Source: the human T2T-CHM13v2.0 reference genome, Homo sapiens. From it: a DNA stretch of 64,000 nt. The translations under genes and the position numbers were made by a program. This document shows, one piece after another, positions 1 to 16,825 of the stretch. Each line of letters begins with the position of its first letter. Within the stretch, counting starts at the first letter, position 1. The DNA lies in NCBI RefSeq assembly GCF_009914755.1, contig NC_060929.1; one strand, given 5' to 3'. The notes under the pieces were generated by a model that saw only the letters and a program-made list of their open reading frames with translations, was not told the DNA's origin and did not search any database.

Positions 1-1633
1 CAAAAACAGCCATGGAGAGATGAAGGAGCTTGCAGGTTTGAAGTGCAGAGAAGAATGCTGGCTCCAAGGAGAAAGAAGAGAGGAGAGCTCTTCAACTAGC
101 TGCTTAAATCTCCGTTGCCCCTCGGGGCACCTCGATGCCACATTAAAGGCACATCCATCATTGGACAGATCTGCAGTGGAGGCAGGCGCTGGGGCATTTA
201 GTGAACTGGCCTGCCAGGTTCTGTTTTCTGCTGTAGCCTCTGAGAGCGTGCGTCATCATTGTCACCTAATTCCACTTTATGCTAATCAGGACAGATCATG
301 GGAAGGCTTAATTGGGAATGACATGAAGCCATTCATTCTACTGCAGTGGAAAACTAAACTATGCTATAGTCGAATATACGAGTTATAACTGAAAATATGT
401 AACATAAAAGCTGAAGTTTAAAATGCATCCCCAAATGTGCAGTTCAAATTGAAGGAAAACCTTAGCGTATACCTCTAGGGAAATTCTAATTTTCTCTTTG
501 AACAAACCTGGACAGTGTACTTACCTGGCATATAATTGACAAAGAGGGAAGAAAATAAAGAGAAAAGTGGGAAGAGAGATGGAAAGGAAGAAAGAGAGGC
601 AGGAGAGGAAAAGAGGATGGAAAATATGTATAAATAACTGTAATTAGGTGAGTATTGTATTCCTGTTAACTTTAGTGCTTTTAAATAAGACATGATAGAA
701 AGTTAATGCAACTGGCAGCAATCAACAAGTAACTCATAGAGTCACAAAACTATTTTATGGTTAGTTCAGAGAAAAGACCTTTAAACACAGCCAATACTTC
801 CACAGTTTTAAATGGCCGATTAAATCCATATGTTTTAGTTTAAATTAGTCAAATTGAACCTCAATTAATCTTCCATTCACCCTAGATTTTCATAAAAATG
901 ATAAGTAATTGGGAGTTATCATTATTCCTCAGCTTTCTAATATGCCAAATATTTGACAGAATGAGTTAGAATATACATTTCTGGTCAATTCATTGACCTT
1001 TTGGTCCATTCAATGAATGATCCTTTCAGAATGGCAGACTTATCTGAGGAAAGTTAAGCTAATCTACTGTGTGAACAAAATGGAGTTTACCATGTGGGGA
1101 CAGAGATGGTGCCATGCACTCTTTTGTTTTTAACTTTCTTAATAGGTGTTAATATTGCTTTACAATAGCACCAGAATCTTAATCAGAACATTAAGGTACC
1201 ATATAGAAAGAATATTCAATCCCATTATAACTTTAAAGATCAAATGTTTATGTTTCTTATATCTTAATTTCTCTGAGTATCCAAGAGTCTTCTGTCAAAA
1301 CCATGAATGTACGTCCCATCTCTATGCTATCAACTTCTGTTTATAAACACTATGTGAGATTTGAAGTATCTATCCTCTCTTTAAAGCTCTCTTGAAATTG
1401 TATATTCTTCAAGCACTGTCCCCACCAGTGAACACATGGTGAGTAAGTCAAACAAACCTCTAGATGTAGACTTATAAGGTGATGATTTTAGTCCTTATGT
1501 TACTAATGTAGGAATACTACCCTATGTTCTGATTCTTGTTGACAACACAAAGGAGAAAGAGAGTACCACGGAAGAAGGCCATTTTTCCAGAGGAGGGGGA
1601 AATTGCTTGAAAGAGTGAGATTTTGAACTCTGA

Positions 1634-2008
<375 letters not shown>

Positions 2009-2449
2009 CCTTTTCTCCATTTTTAAAGAAAGATGCAAATATTCCAAATAAAGCCAGCTAATACTAAAAGATTTTTTTCAAGAAAATAAATTTTTGGTAT
2101 AGGAGTTATATTCATTTAATCTGCAACCCACTGGGCCTCACACCTGTGAATAGAACCATAACTAATGAACATAACGAATACCTTATGCTATCAAGAAAAT
2201 GTTAACCATTCTGTGTTATCTAGTGTTTTATACTATAGAAGGCAGAAAGGCATTCAACAATTTTAGAAAGAGTTCTGCTCCCCAGCAAAGAACAGTTTTA
2301 ATATTTGATTCTTTGAAATGTTATATTAACTACTGGGGAAGATATAATTATCTACAACAATGTTCAATGCCCAATAAACAAATATATTGCTCCCCAAGTA
2401 ATTAATCTATTCTGGTGAAACTGTATAGAATTAATTCTGAAATTAAATT

Positions 2450-2640
2450 TCAGAGTTTCAGTCCTGGTTTGCCATTTACAAGTTGTGTGACCTTTAACAT
2501 GTCGCTTAAACTCTGGAAATCTCAATTTTCTCAGGTAGAAAATGGGGGGATAATAATGCTTATCTCACAGTGTTGTGAAGTATAAGTTGAATACATCACA
2601 CAGTGTCTGGCGCAGTGGGCAGACTTAAGAAATGGTGCAT
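2450..2640 (+). mobile_element. MIR
   Basis: MIR core tgtgtgacctt...ctcaattttctc...aaaatggggg ataataat. Confidence 0.75.
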
Positions 2641-3069
2641 ATTTTTGCTTTACATGAAGAATTACTGTATTTAGTGACAATCTATGAGTTTCTAAACAGT
2701 AATTAATGGCAATCTATTTTCCAAAAACTTTGAAGTCATGCCCTTTAAATATAATTAGCATGAAACTCAACACAAAGGTGTAAGTTCATCGATAGTCATT
2801 AGTCCTGCTGTGTCCTTCATGATCTCCAGCAGTTCAAACAGCCTTCAGAAATCCCAAGGCTAGATGAGACACTGTTGTCAAATCGTGTTGGGGTCACCTT
2901 ATTGTTCTCTGCCTCGGCCTCATCAGTGCCTGCACAGCTTCGATCTGATGACAGCCAAAAAGGACCTGATGTGTTTATAACCAGTACGGCCATAGAAAGA
3001 TTGCTTTTACCAAATACATGCTAGGCACTAGGCACTAGGATAACCCTTATGTGTGTAGGAGCTCGTTGA

Positions 3070-3280
3070 GCATGGTGTTCGTAAAAATGGGTTTTAAAGC
3101 TGATCACGTTAGGTTAAAGTCTTAGCTCTGCCCCTCGTTAGCAGGATGACCTTGGTATGCTTTCTTTTCCTCAGTTTTAAAATATTGATGATGATATATT
3201 TGCCTCAGAGTACTGCTGTGAGGTTTAAGTAGAATAATGAATGTTAAGTCATTATGGCAGTATTTAGCATATTGTAAGCT
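3070..3280 (+). mobile_element. MIR
   Basis: agctctgcc...tgaccttgg...cctcagttt...tgtgagg MIR core. Confidence 0.65.
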
Positions 3281-3402
3281 TCTTCTTGGACGTTCTTCTA
3301 GCTCCTATGACTACCTCCAGTTTTCTTCCAGCCACGTGGGCTGCCCCTTCTCAGGATCCCTGGCAGTCTTCTGCTATGATTCACTGGAAAGAAAGTGCCT
3401 AA

Positions 3403-3727
<325 letters not shown>

Positions 3728-4930
3728 AGTGCCTAAATATTCTGACCTCGGCCCTTCTCTTCTCTGTCTACCCAGTCTCCCTAGGTGGCCGCGTGTACTC
3801 CCGTGAGCTATGTGGCCTCCTACAATCTCATGCCACCTATTTCCTAATAAGAGCTCTCACCTCCAACTTCCTAACACTGCCACAATAGTTTAAAGAGGCT
3901 AAATTGGCCACAGTCACATATAATGTAGTCAAGCTGGCTTAAAACCTACATTTATCTGACACTGAAGTCCAAGTTAAACACGCAGAGGGAGAGGCAGATT
4001 TAGGCACACCCAAGCAACAAGTCCCAAACTCAACAAAAAGAGAAAAACTTTTGAATGTTTACTTGACTTGCTATATCTGAAGAAGTCATACAGTTTTTCC
4101 ATATGACAGTACGGCTTATCCTTTAATCAAAATTTTTAAAACAGTTTTTGAAGGTTAAGGGTTCTATCAAAAACTTCACATCATTTTCAAGGAAAATTAA
4201 TGAAAATTATTAATTGTTATAGCTCATTTATAAGAATTTAGATGAGAACATTATGAAAAATTAGTGAAATTATTATCAGATGGAATAATTAAAGATCAAT
4301 TGTGAAATAATCACATAATTCTAGCTATACGCTGTATCGCTCTTCATTAATCAAAGATAATCTGGAATTGCAATACTTAATTAAATGCAAAAAAGTGTTT
4401 GTGTGTTCTGGCTCTGAAAGGAGATAATTGGAGAGTGCAGAAGCTGTACAGTTATCAGCTTTTACTGATTTTCTGAGAGTCTAGAAATGTAGATTCTACA
4501 ATGTGGGGGTTGCTCATTTTATGGACTGTTGAAATCTCACCTAAAATAGATACTACTGTTTTCAATGAGATATTTTTCTTTTAATCTTGGGAAAAAAAAG
4601 GATTTTGATTTTAATTCATCAATAAGAAGAAAGTAATGCATCTGATTTTGGCAGATGTATTAGATCTTAAAGGCCTATGAACAAATTCCATCTTACTTTA
4701 CTTTCTTCACTGCCAAAGTGGAAACCTTATTGGTTGATATCTTTGGTGATCCTCCACAGGGAAAGTAATTCTGTTTTTTCTCTCATTTGTAAATAAGGCC
4801 ATATATAATACTCATATGAAGCTCTATATTTCTGCAGGAATTATAATGAAGTTACATATCAGTTTCAAATGTAGTTTGTTTTCAAAACAATAATGTTTAT
4901 TGAGGTAAAATTTACCTACAATAAAATGCA

Positions 4931-5205
4931 CATATATAAGTATATTATATTATATATACTTATATATAATATATATAATATATTAATATATATAATTAAT
5001 TATATATATTAATATATTATATATAATATATATAAAGATACATATTATATATAATATATAATTATATTATATATAATATATATGTATATATTATATATAA
5101 TATATACGTATACATTTACATATATGTATATTATATATATATAATATTATATATTTTATATATATATATATAATATATATGCGAGTTTTGACAAATATAT
5201 ATATA
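4931..5205. repeat. Imperfect (TA)n / AT-rich low-complexity tract
   Basis: About 275 nt composed almost only of A and T in tatata/ataat units. Confidence 0.95.
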
Positions 5206-5407
5206 CCCGTGTAATCAAGATAGGGAACATCTCAGTCACCCCAAGGAGTTTCTTTTTGCCCTATCCCAACCAATCCCCATTTGTACTTCAGCACCAGACA
5301 ACTCCTGATTTGCTTGTCTGACCCCATAAATTAGAGTTGCCTTTTCTAGAGTTTTGTCTAAATGGAAGCGTACAACACATATTCTTTTGGGTCTGGCTTC
5401 TTTTTCT

Positions 5408-5495
5408 GCTTTTCTTTTTTTTATTTTTATTTTTATTTTTTTATTATACTTTAAGTTTTAGGGTACATGTGCACATTGTGCAGGTTAGTTACATA
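5408..5495 (-). mobile_element. Extremely 5'-truncated young L1 (L1PA2/L1HS-like 3' terminus)
   Basis: ttattatactttaagttttagggtacatgtgcacattgtgcaggttagttacata after T-rich tail; perfect 19-bp TSD gggtctggcttctttttct (5389-5407, 5496-5514). Confidence 0.92.
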
Positions 5496-5939
5496 GGGTC
5501 TGGCTTCTTTTTCTTAGCGTGATACTCTCGGATTTCACTTCTGTTAGCTCATTCTTTTTTTTCCTCTTCCTGAGTACTAATTCATTGGGTGAACATCCCA
5601 GAAACGTGCTTATAGTTAACCTGTTAATAGATATTTGATTTATTTCCAGTTTTGAGTTATAATAAAGTTACCATGAACCCCTGTGTATCAGTCTTTCTTT
5701 TGGTCATATCATAATTCACTCTTTTTATGTCATTTTAAGTCATTTTTCACCCTTGTTCACTCTGTCAACCAAGTAAAAAATCTTTTTTAAAAATATGTCC
5801 ACAATGGAGAAAAATTGGTTTTCATGCTGTATGTGGAAATATATACAAATATAGAAATGTCTTTATTCAAACATAAAATATTTTTATATGCTTTGTTTCC
5901 TTCCTCCTTCATATCAAGCCTTTACAAGAAATAGCAAAC

Positions 5940-6090
5940 ATACTATTATTACTCTTAGTTTACAAATGTGCAAACTTGGTCTCAGAGGAATTCAGTGATT
6001 TGCTGAAGACCACACAGTTTTCAAATGCTGCAGTCAAGACCAGAAGCTGCTTTATAATTTCCTAATCCAGTGCACTTTCTACTCTACCAC
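5940..6090 (-). mobile_element. MIR
   Basis: tactattatt...tttacaaatg...aaact...ctcagagga...gtgatttgc...cacacag antisense core. Confidence 0.7.
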
Positions 6091-6109
6091 ATAGAAAATT
6101 TTTCACTTC

Positions 6110-7130
<1,021 letters not shown>

Positions 7131-8029
7131 TGCTTTTACAAAAAAACTGACAAGTTATTACGGCTCTTCACTGACTGGTATCGTAATTCAGAGACATTCA
7201 CACAGAATGTCTTTAGAAACTAAATATCCTTGTGCTAACAGAACCAGGCTTCACAGCTATAGAAATGGTTATAAAGCTAGGATGTTTTATGAGACTTAAT
7301 TTTGGCCTAGAGCTTAATTCCTTTTTGCTACAGTTCACCACCTGTCAGTGTACCAAAGGATGCACTGACTTGCTTATTTCAGCTTCTTTCTTTGGAATAT
7401 AGTTTAAAATATAATCCATCAGTCTTAATCTCAGCTATTTTCCAAAATGTTTCCCAAATTAATAAGTGCAGTATTGGAAGCAGTGACCCCATAGGGAAAT
7501 ATGACAAAAACAGTTCACTCATAATTATAAATAAAACCTCCTTTCATTGAGCAATAGCAAATTGGCAAAACCCAGCAGCTTTTCATACTGTGCTGTTCCA
7601 AGGGGTTCCTAGGCAAGTGCTCCCTAAGTCCTCTCTCCTGCTGCCCAGTGGTCTGAGGGCTGCTTTGATTTTGTTCTCCATTATCAGGCTGTCAGCTTCA
7701 GCCTCATTCATCACGTTCTGGGCACACATGTAGGTTGGATTCCGGTACTTAAATGAACCATCTTTATAAGCAGATCTCAATTCAAGGTATTTACGGTCAT
7801 GGGAAGCTGAAGACCCTCTTTCCCGCCTCTCTAGAACATAGACTAAAGATGTAAATCTTGATTGATTTGGAAGGAAAAGAGGCCATTATTACCAACACAG
7901 AAGTTGATAATAATGAAGTTAAATGTCTCTTGTCTTTCTGAAATCACGTTCTTTGGTTCTCAGTCCAGTAATGTTTTCTATGTACTATGAAAGGGAAAAC
8001 CACATCAACTTGGGGAGACGAACTGCAAA

Positions 8030-9338
<1,309 letters not shown>

Positions 9339-10649
9339 ACATTTACATCTTTAGCACAGTCCCTGCTGCTGCTCTCCCCTCAGCTCAATGTGTCTCTTCT
9401 TTGTGCGTGTGTTTTTTTTTTTTCTTAATTCTATGTCTATAAAGAGTAGAGGAGGGCTGGAGATGGGTCTGTTGCATTTTCTAGTCATCAGTATTCAGAA
9501 TTGCTGTTAGTTTTCTACTCTTACAACCTCACTGCATTGCCTGTGCACCTTGCACCAGGATGCTTTTGCTGGCTTCTTTTTAATTTGTAAAGAGAAGGAA
9601 CAGGAGGCCCAAAGGTGATTACCAGTCAGAGCAGCTCATCATTAAAAGGTCTGAGACTTGTGGTAAGCAGATGACTATAAGATACAGGTCAAATGGATTT
9701 TGCACTATTCAGGCTCAAGCTGAATTACAAAAATTAAATAGCACTCTAATTAACCAGAGTAGTTAGCACATAATTCAGATCTTTGGGTCTCTACATGATG
9801 GTGGATTAAAAAAAAGTTTTATACTGAATAATGTACAAATAACAAAACAAAATAAAGCCTGCTCTTGTTGGTCTTCCATATACAGGCTTCAAGGGTAAGA
9901 AAACATTACAGATTTCTGCAAAAACAGAAATGTTCTTACTATACAAGAGAAAAAAGGTGAATTCTGTTTTTCAAAGAGAATAAAGAATTAACATAGCAAG
10001 GGATGAAAGAAGTTTTGCATTTCATTTTTAAGCATTGCACATAGCCTGATGTGGCCCTTTTAGAGCTATACCACATGAATGAAACAGGTAGAAGAAAAGG
10101 TGAAAACAATATCATATGTAAGTTTTATAACTAAATCTGCCTTTATTGATTGCTTCCTAAAACTATGGAATACCACCAAATATAAGTTAACACACTAGAA
10201 TACAACTTACATAAACCTGAAATTTGCTATAAAAAGAAAATGATGACATCCACAAAAATTACTTACATATCTAATAAATAGATGAAAAACATGTTAGGAA
10301 ACTCCTAAGAGAGCCTTGAGATATGAGAGAACACTGTGTGAATACTAGAGAAATTTTGGATGTATAGCCTCTGCACAGAAAATAAAAAAATAAAATGAAG
10401 CTTGCCTTTTTACTATTGCACAAAAAAGAATTGGGAAGTCATCATGAAATGTGAGCATATTTAAAAGCTGGGACATGGAGCAGGCAAATGCATAATCTGG
10501 AAATTAGAGAAAATATTCACAAAAAGAGAATATAACAAAGACTGTGTTTTTAGATCTAAACTTCAAAGGTCAATTACAGTCATTCAAGTTAAGGTTTAAT
10601 TTTACATGTTTTACAATGTCACTTTATTAAAATTTTTTCTAAAAGTAAT

Positions 10650-10880
10650 AATAGGATAATAATAACAACTAACACTTAGTGAGCTTTCACTATGTCAGAC
10701 ACTATGCTAAACATGTGCATTATTCCATTTAAGCTCATGACTCCACAGTTTCATGAAGAAACTGTGTCACAAAATTGTAGTAAGTCGACCAGAGAACTCA
10801 TAGATAGTTAGAGGATGAATGATCAGCCTAAGGGTTTCTTCCTCCAACATCTATATCTTCAGTGCCCTCTGCTATCTCTC
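10650..10880 (-). mobile_element. MIR
   Basis: aataataacaactaacacttagtgagctttcactatgtcagacact antisense MIR 3' end. Confidence 0.7.
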
Positions 10881-11597
10881 TAACCTAAATTGTACTTTCT
10901 CCATGAAAACAAAATAAACAACTGATTAATATAAAATTTGCTCATATGAATCCACTTGTAGGAGGCTATAGTCACCATAATATATTGCTTGAAATGTTAT
11001 ATGATTAAATTTGATAAAGTGGTTTGGGTGTCTTTCTTTTTGTCCATATCAGAATACTGTTTGCCCCAAACCATGATGCTATATAAACAAACAATTATAT
11101 ATTTTGTCTTCTTCTGTGTCAGGGTTGTCCTACAATTATCTAGTAACTGGTACAATCTAGGCTTTAGTACTTATTTAAAAAAATAAGAGAGTAACTCACG
11201 GGTCTTACAGAATGACACTTCTCACACTATATTTTTCTTTATGGCCAATAAGAATAAAGGCATTTTATGCTCATTTTTTTTAAAGCTACTTGAAGTTTAA
11301 AATATTGAGGAAAATTACAGTGGAGTTTTCATCCTTTATAGCCTTGTGCCCATTGGGTCATTTGTTAGTTCATAAGTGTTTTTCAGAATAAACTCATTTT
11401 AAAAGTAAACACTTTTATTTGAGAGCAGGAGAACAAAGTTTATGAATTTTTAAATACCTTTTAATAATAGATCTATTCAATGGCAGCCTTACAATTTATA
11501 GCTATACCAGTAAAAATGGGATAGGTTGTAATATTATAACTATTGCCCTTAATTTTCTGTTATAGACAGCAATGTGTGTGTTTTTCTCAACTTAAGT

Positions 11598-12180
11598 GAG
11601 CCAATACCATGCTGTTCAGATTACTACAGCTTCATGGTACAGTTATATTTTGATAGGAGTTTGTGTGATGCCTCCAGCTTTGTTCTTTTTGCTCAAGATT
11701 GTTTTGGCTGTTTGGGGCCTTCTGTGGTTCCACAAAAATTTTATAATTCATTTTTCTATTTCTGTGAAAATGTCATTGAAAATTTTATAGGGAATACATT
11801 AAATCTGTACATTACTTTGGGTAGTATGAACGTTTCAAAAATATTATTTATGCATATTCATAAACATGGAATATCTTCCCAATTATTTGTTGTTTTCTTC
11901 CATTTCTTTCATCAGTGAGTACATGAATCTTTTACTTCTTTGGTTGAATTTATTCTGAAGTTTTCTTCATTTATATAAAATTTATTTATATAGGCATAAA
12001 ATTGCATATGAGATTGTTTTCTTGATTTCTTTTTTGGAAAGTTTGTTGTTAATATATAAAAATGCTACTGATGCCGTATGTTGATTTTGTGCCATGCAAA
12101 ACATTATTGAATTCATTTATTAGTTCTAACAGCTTTTTGGGTGGAGTCATTAGCATTTTCTATACATAAAAGATTATGTC
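11598..12180 (-). mobile_element. L1 ORF2 fragment (L1MA/L1PB-like), inverted segment
   Basis: ccaataccatgctgtt...gatgcctccagctttgttctttttgctcaagatt...aatgctactga...ttctaacagctttttgggtggagtc antisense ORF2. Confidence 0.92.
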
Positions 12181-13065
12181 AAAACGGCATAGCAGTACCA
12201 TAAAAATAAAGATATAGACCAATGGAACAGAATAGAGAGGACAGAAGTAAATTGACTCATTTATAGTCAATTAATATTTGACACAGGGGCCAAGAACACA
12301 CAATGAAGAAAGGACAGTCTCTTCAATAAATTATATCGGGAAAAGTGGACATCCACATACCGAAGAATAAAATTGAACGCATATCTCATGCCATATACAA
12401 AAATCAACTCAAAGTATTAAACATTTAAACATAAGATCTGAAACTATAAAACTTTTGGAAAAGCCGGGCACGGTGGCTCACGCCTGTAATCCCAGCACTT
12501 TGGGAGGCCGAGGCGAGCGGATCACGATGTCGGGAGATCGAGAACATCCTGGCTAACACGGTGAAACCCCCCCTCTACTAAAAATACAAAAAAAAAAATA
12601 GCCGGGCGTAGTGGTGGGCGCCTGCAGTCCCAGCTATTCGGGAGGCTGAGGCAGGAGAATGGCGTGAACCCGGGAGGCGGAGCGCTTCTTAACCTTGTTT
12701 TTGACAATGATTTTTTTTTTTTATATGACCTCGAAAGCATGGGCAACAAAAGCGAAAAGAGACAAACGGGACTGCACCAAACTAAAAAGCCTCTGAGCAG
12801 CAAAGAAAACAACAGGGTGAAGAGGCAACCTATGGAATGGGAGAAAATATGCGCAAACCATACATCTAATAAGAAGTTAACATCCAAAATATATACGAAA
12901 CTCAACACAATAGCAAGAAAATAAATAACCCAATTCAAAAACAAGGAAAGAACCTGAAGAGTTATTTCTAAAGGAAGACATACAAATGGCTACAAGTATA
13001 TGAACAAATGCTCAACATCATTAACCATCAGGAAAATGCAAATGAAAACCACAATGACACTCATC
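12181..13065 (+). mobile_element. L1 ORF2 fragment, forward segment
   Basis: atagaccaatggaacagaatagag, ccatatacaaaaatcaactc, acctatggaatgggagaaaatat (ORF 12664-12924 ends ...RVKRQPMEWEKICANHTSNKKL). Confidence 0.92.
12463..12684 (+). mobile_element. AluY-like, 3'-truncated, inside L1
   Basis: gagatcgag..catcctggctaacacggtg, gaatggcgtgaacccggg; stops at ggcggagc, no poly-A. Confidence 0.92.
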
Positions 13066-13082
13066 TAAAAACAGAGGTGATA

Positions 13083-13449
<367 letters not shown>

Positions 13450-13759
13450 TCATAGTACTGTGCCACCACAGGATTATAACAAGAGCTAACTATGACAGGC
13501 ACAGTTATAACCTCAAGTAATAATACAATTAATACAGACATAATACAATAGTACAACTTACATCCTTTTTTTCTATTTCAAGGGTCTTTTGGTTTTATTC
13601 CTTGTCTATTTTCATACTTCTGAAATGCCTAAGGGGAAAAATCCAAAATACGTAACAGATACACAAGGGCACTGTGGAATATGGGCGCTGCACCTGTTTA
13701 CAGTCTCATTAGGGGTGGCGGTGCGGTGGGGAGTATACAAGGCACGCCTTTAGTGATGA

Positions 13760-14225
13760 ACAATATAATTTTCTTTTATATATGGAACTTACAGGCTAGT
13801 CGGGCGGGTGGAGGCAGAGACACAAACAATAGGAAAATTTCAAATAATATGAACTGCTATGAGAAATATAAAGCAAGGTGACAAGATAGAATAAAATTGA
13901 TGGGTGAATGTGGCCATTTTAAAAAGGGTGGTTAGAGAAAGCCTCATTGAAGATGTGACATTCAATCTGACACCTTTATGATAAAGAATGAGCCATGCAA
14001 AATTCTGGGGGAAGAACATTCTGGGCAGAGAAAACAAGGGCAAAGGCCATCAAATAAAAACAAGTTTGGTATGTTGAAGAACAGAAAGCAAGCCAATGTA
14101 ACTAGAGCATAGAAAATGTGAGATGAATGTTGAGAGGAAGTATATATAGGCATGGGGATAGGTTTTGGTAAAAAATTGGACTTTATTTTAATTGCAATAA
14201 GAAGTCATTGGAGGGCGATTTGCAA
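13760..14225 (-). mobile_element. L2 relic
   Basis: ggaacttacaggctagt, agagaaagcctcattgaagatgtgacatt, gaacattctgggcagag, caaaggcc. Confidence 0.75.
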
Positions 14226-14590
14226 CTTGGAGGATTAATTCAGAGCTATATAAATTATCTAAGAACTTTGGATGCCACAGCTAGAACAGTTTCTGGAAGC
14301 CTCAAACAAAAACATGACACAGAAAAAACATTAAGAGTGCTGTGAGCCATAGAGCTGCCTGGAAACTAGAGCTTAAGCCCTCATATCCAGATTCTACTTG
14401 TTAAGATACATCTTATACATTTAACTCATTAAGATACATTTACAATTAATCATTGTGACGTGCACTGTTTTAGGCACCAGGGATACAGCTATGAAGAATA
14501 AAATTCTTCTTAAATTCTAGGTTAAAGAATAAAGGAAATAAATATACTGTAACACTGAGCAGCTATTCAGGGTTTTAAAAAAATAATCTG

Positions 14591-15197
<607 letters not shown>

Positions 15198-15799
15198 ATT
15201 TACGGTCCTTGCTAGTATTTCAACTTTACAACATGTCAGCATTATATATCAATTGCTATAGCCCTACAACCTAGTAAAATGCTTCACACATAGTAGATAC
15301 TCAATAATTCTCAAACCGAATTGAGCAAGATTATTATATTAGCTCTAATCTGACTGATACACAATATTCTATTTTGTGAATGTATCTCCTTTAAAAAAAA
15401 ACGCTGTGTCCTATTTTTGATTAATATATTGGGAAACCATTTTTTTCCAAAAAGACTGTTTTTTTTTTTTTAGGGCTTTACTATATTAATCACTATATTA
15501 TCTTTATTCTGTCATGCATTATACCTTAAGCATATGGATTTAATTCTCTATGGTGTATATCTATTTTGGACTTAAATTATATGAAGTCAGTTAAACCCAC
15601 AATTTTTTTCTAAACAATTTATTTTCATAGTCACCTAAGTATGCCCTATTTTGTTTTTGCACATCATACACAAAGTCATGAAATGGATAACCTTTGTCCT
15701 TTTCCATTTTCAGCTATACGTCCTATAAGAAAAAATAAAACTATTTTTCAATTATTGCAGAAGGCAGCTTAAAATGCTGTTGTATTTTGATCTTTTGCT

Positions 15800-16208
15800 G
15801 GCCTTTTCCTTCACTCTCTGTTCTCCAGGTCACGAGAACTGTGAACAGTTCCCCAAAAGTACCATGGTCTGTTTCATGGTACCCATTCAACATTGGAATG
15901 TCTTTTCTGTCTTCTTATTCTCCCTCCTAGGTAATTTGTCTTCAACTCTCAGACCTCAACTAAACTTTTATCTCTAAAAATCTTTTTTGACCTCCCATAT
16001 CTGGTTAGTTGCTTGTGTTTTTCCTATTACCAGCACTATCACATGCCATTGTAATTTCTCTATTTATTCTCAAATTCTTTTATAGACTATCAACTCCCTG
16101 AGGGCTGGGACTCGTTGGGACAGTTCCAACTCTACCTCTTAACCCAATGACTACCCAATAAGAGACCCTTAATAAAAACACATTGAATGAATGAATAAAT
16201 GAATAAAT
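15800..16208 (+). mobile_element. L2 3' end
   Basis: tagactatcaactccctgagggctgggac...ttgaatgaatgaataaatgaat terminus. Confidence 0.75.
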
Positions 16209-16825
16209 TAGCTGTCATTTTTCCAAGGCAGATTGTAATTTAATTTGTTCTTATCATCTGGCATATTAAAAAGGGGGCTTTGTGCATAATTTGTGACTTT
16301 CCCAGTCTCCTGAGTTCTATTTTTGTGACTCTCTTTTATTTTATATAGTTTGATATTTAGCATGTTACTTCAGAACAACATAGCTCTTAAGTCTGTGATA
16401 GAAAAGAAAGAGAAGACAATCTAGTATTGTTATAAATCTGCCCTTAGGACCTATTTCTCAGGAAAAGCAGACAGGAATGAGTAGTGGTTGAGGATCTAAG
16501 AGCAGGCGGTGTCATTATAAAAACGAGAACAGGGCATCATTTCCACATTCACTTTCATTCCTCTGATATTCCCGCTAGCAAAAGCTCTGGCTTGATTGTT
16601 GACAGTCAACGAGTGAGAACTGTGGTTGCTACCGCCTTTATACAGAAAATCAGTGCGGCTGTATAAGAAGGGGTGAGAAATGGTGTTTCCTCTCATGAAT
16701 AAAAACTATGTATCCTGATGTTGCTGACAAAGAGCTGAAGTTACTAAACCAATGATATACTCTCAGGGAAATGTACGTGAAAAGATACTTACTATTTTTT
16801 CTTTCTTTTCTCCCCCCTCCCCTAG

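Larger units (their letters stand above)
4890..5705 (-). mobile_element. Old L1M (L1ME/L1MC-like) 3' end
   Basis: tttattgaggtaaaatttacctacaataaaatgcaca...ttgccttttctaga...ttccagttttgag resembles antisense L1M 3'UTR; interrupted by TA tract and a young L1. Confidence 0.75.

Noticed and set aside
20-388. 122-aa ORF at window start
   Set aside because: No recognisable domain or homology; length is within chance range for non-coding DNA
5288-5306. ttcagcaccagacaactcc resembling an RE1/REST site
   Set aside because: Spacer missing, right half-site degenerate, and located in an old L1
7583-7790. 65-aa minus ORF and a possible plus-strand exon (acceptor near 7687)
   Set aside because: No recognisable product and only weak donors
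12664-12924. ORF with L1 ORF2-like peptide
   Set aside because: Short chimeric Alu/L1 relic; not a functional CDS
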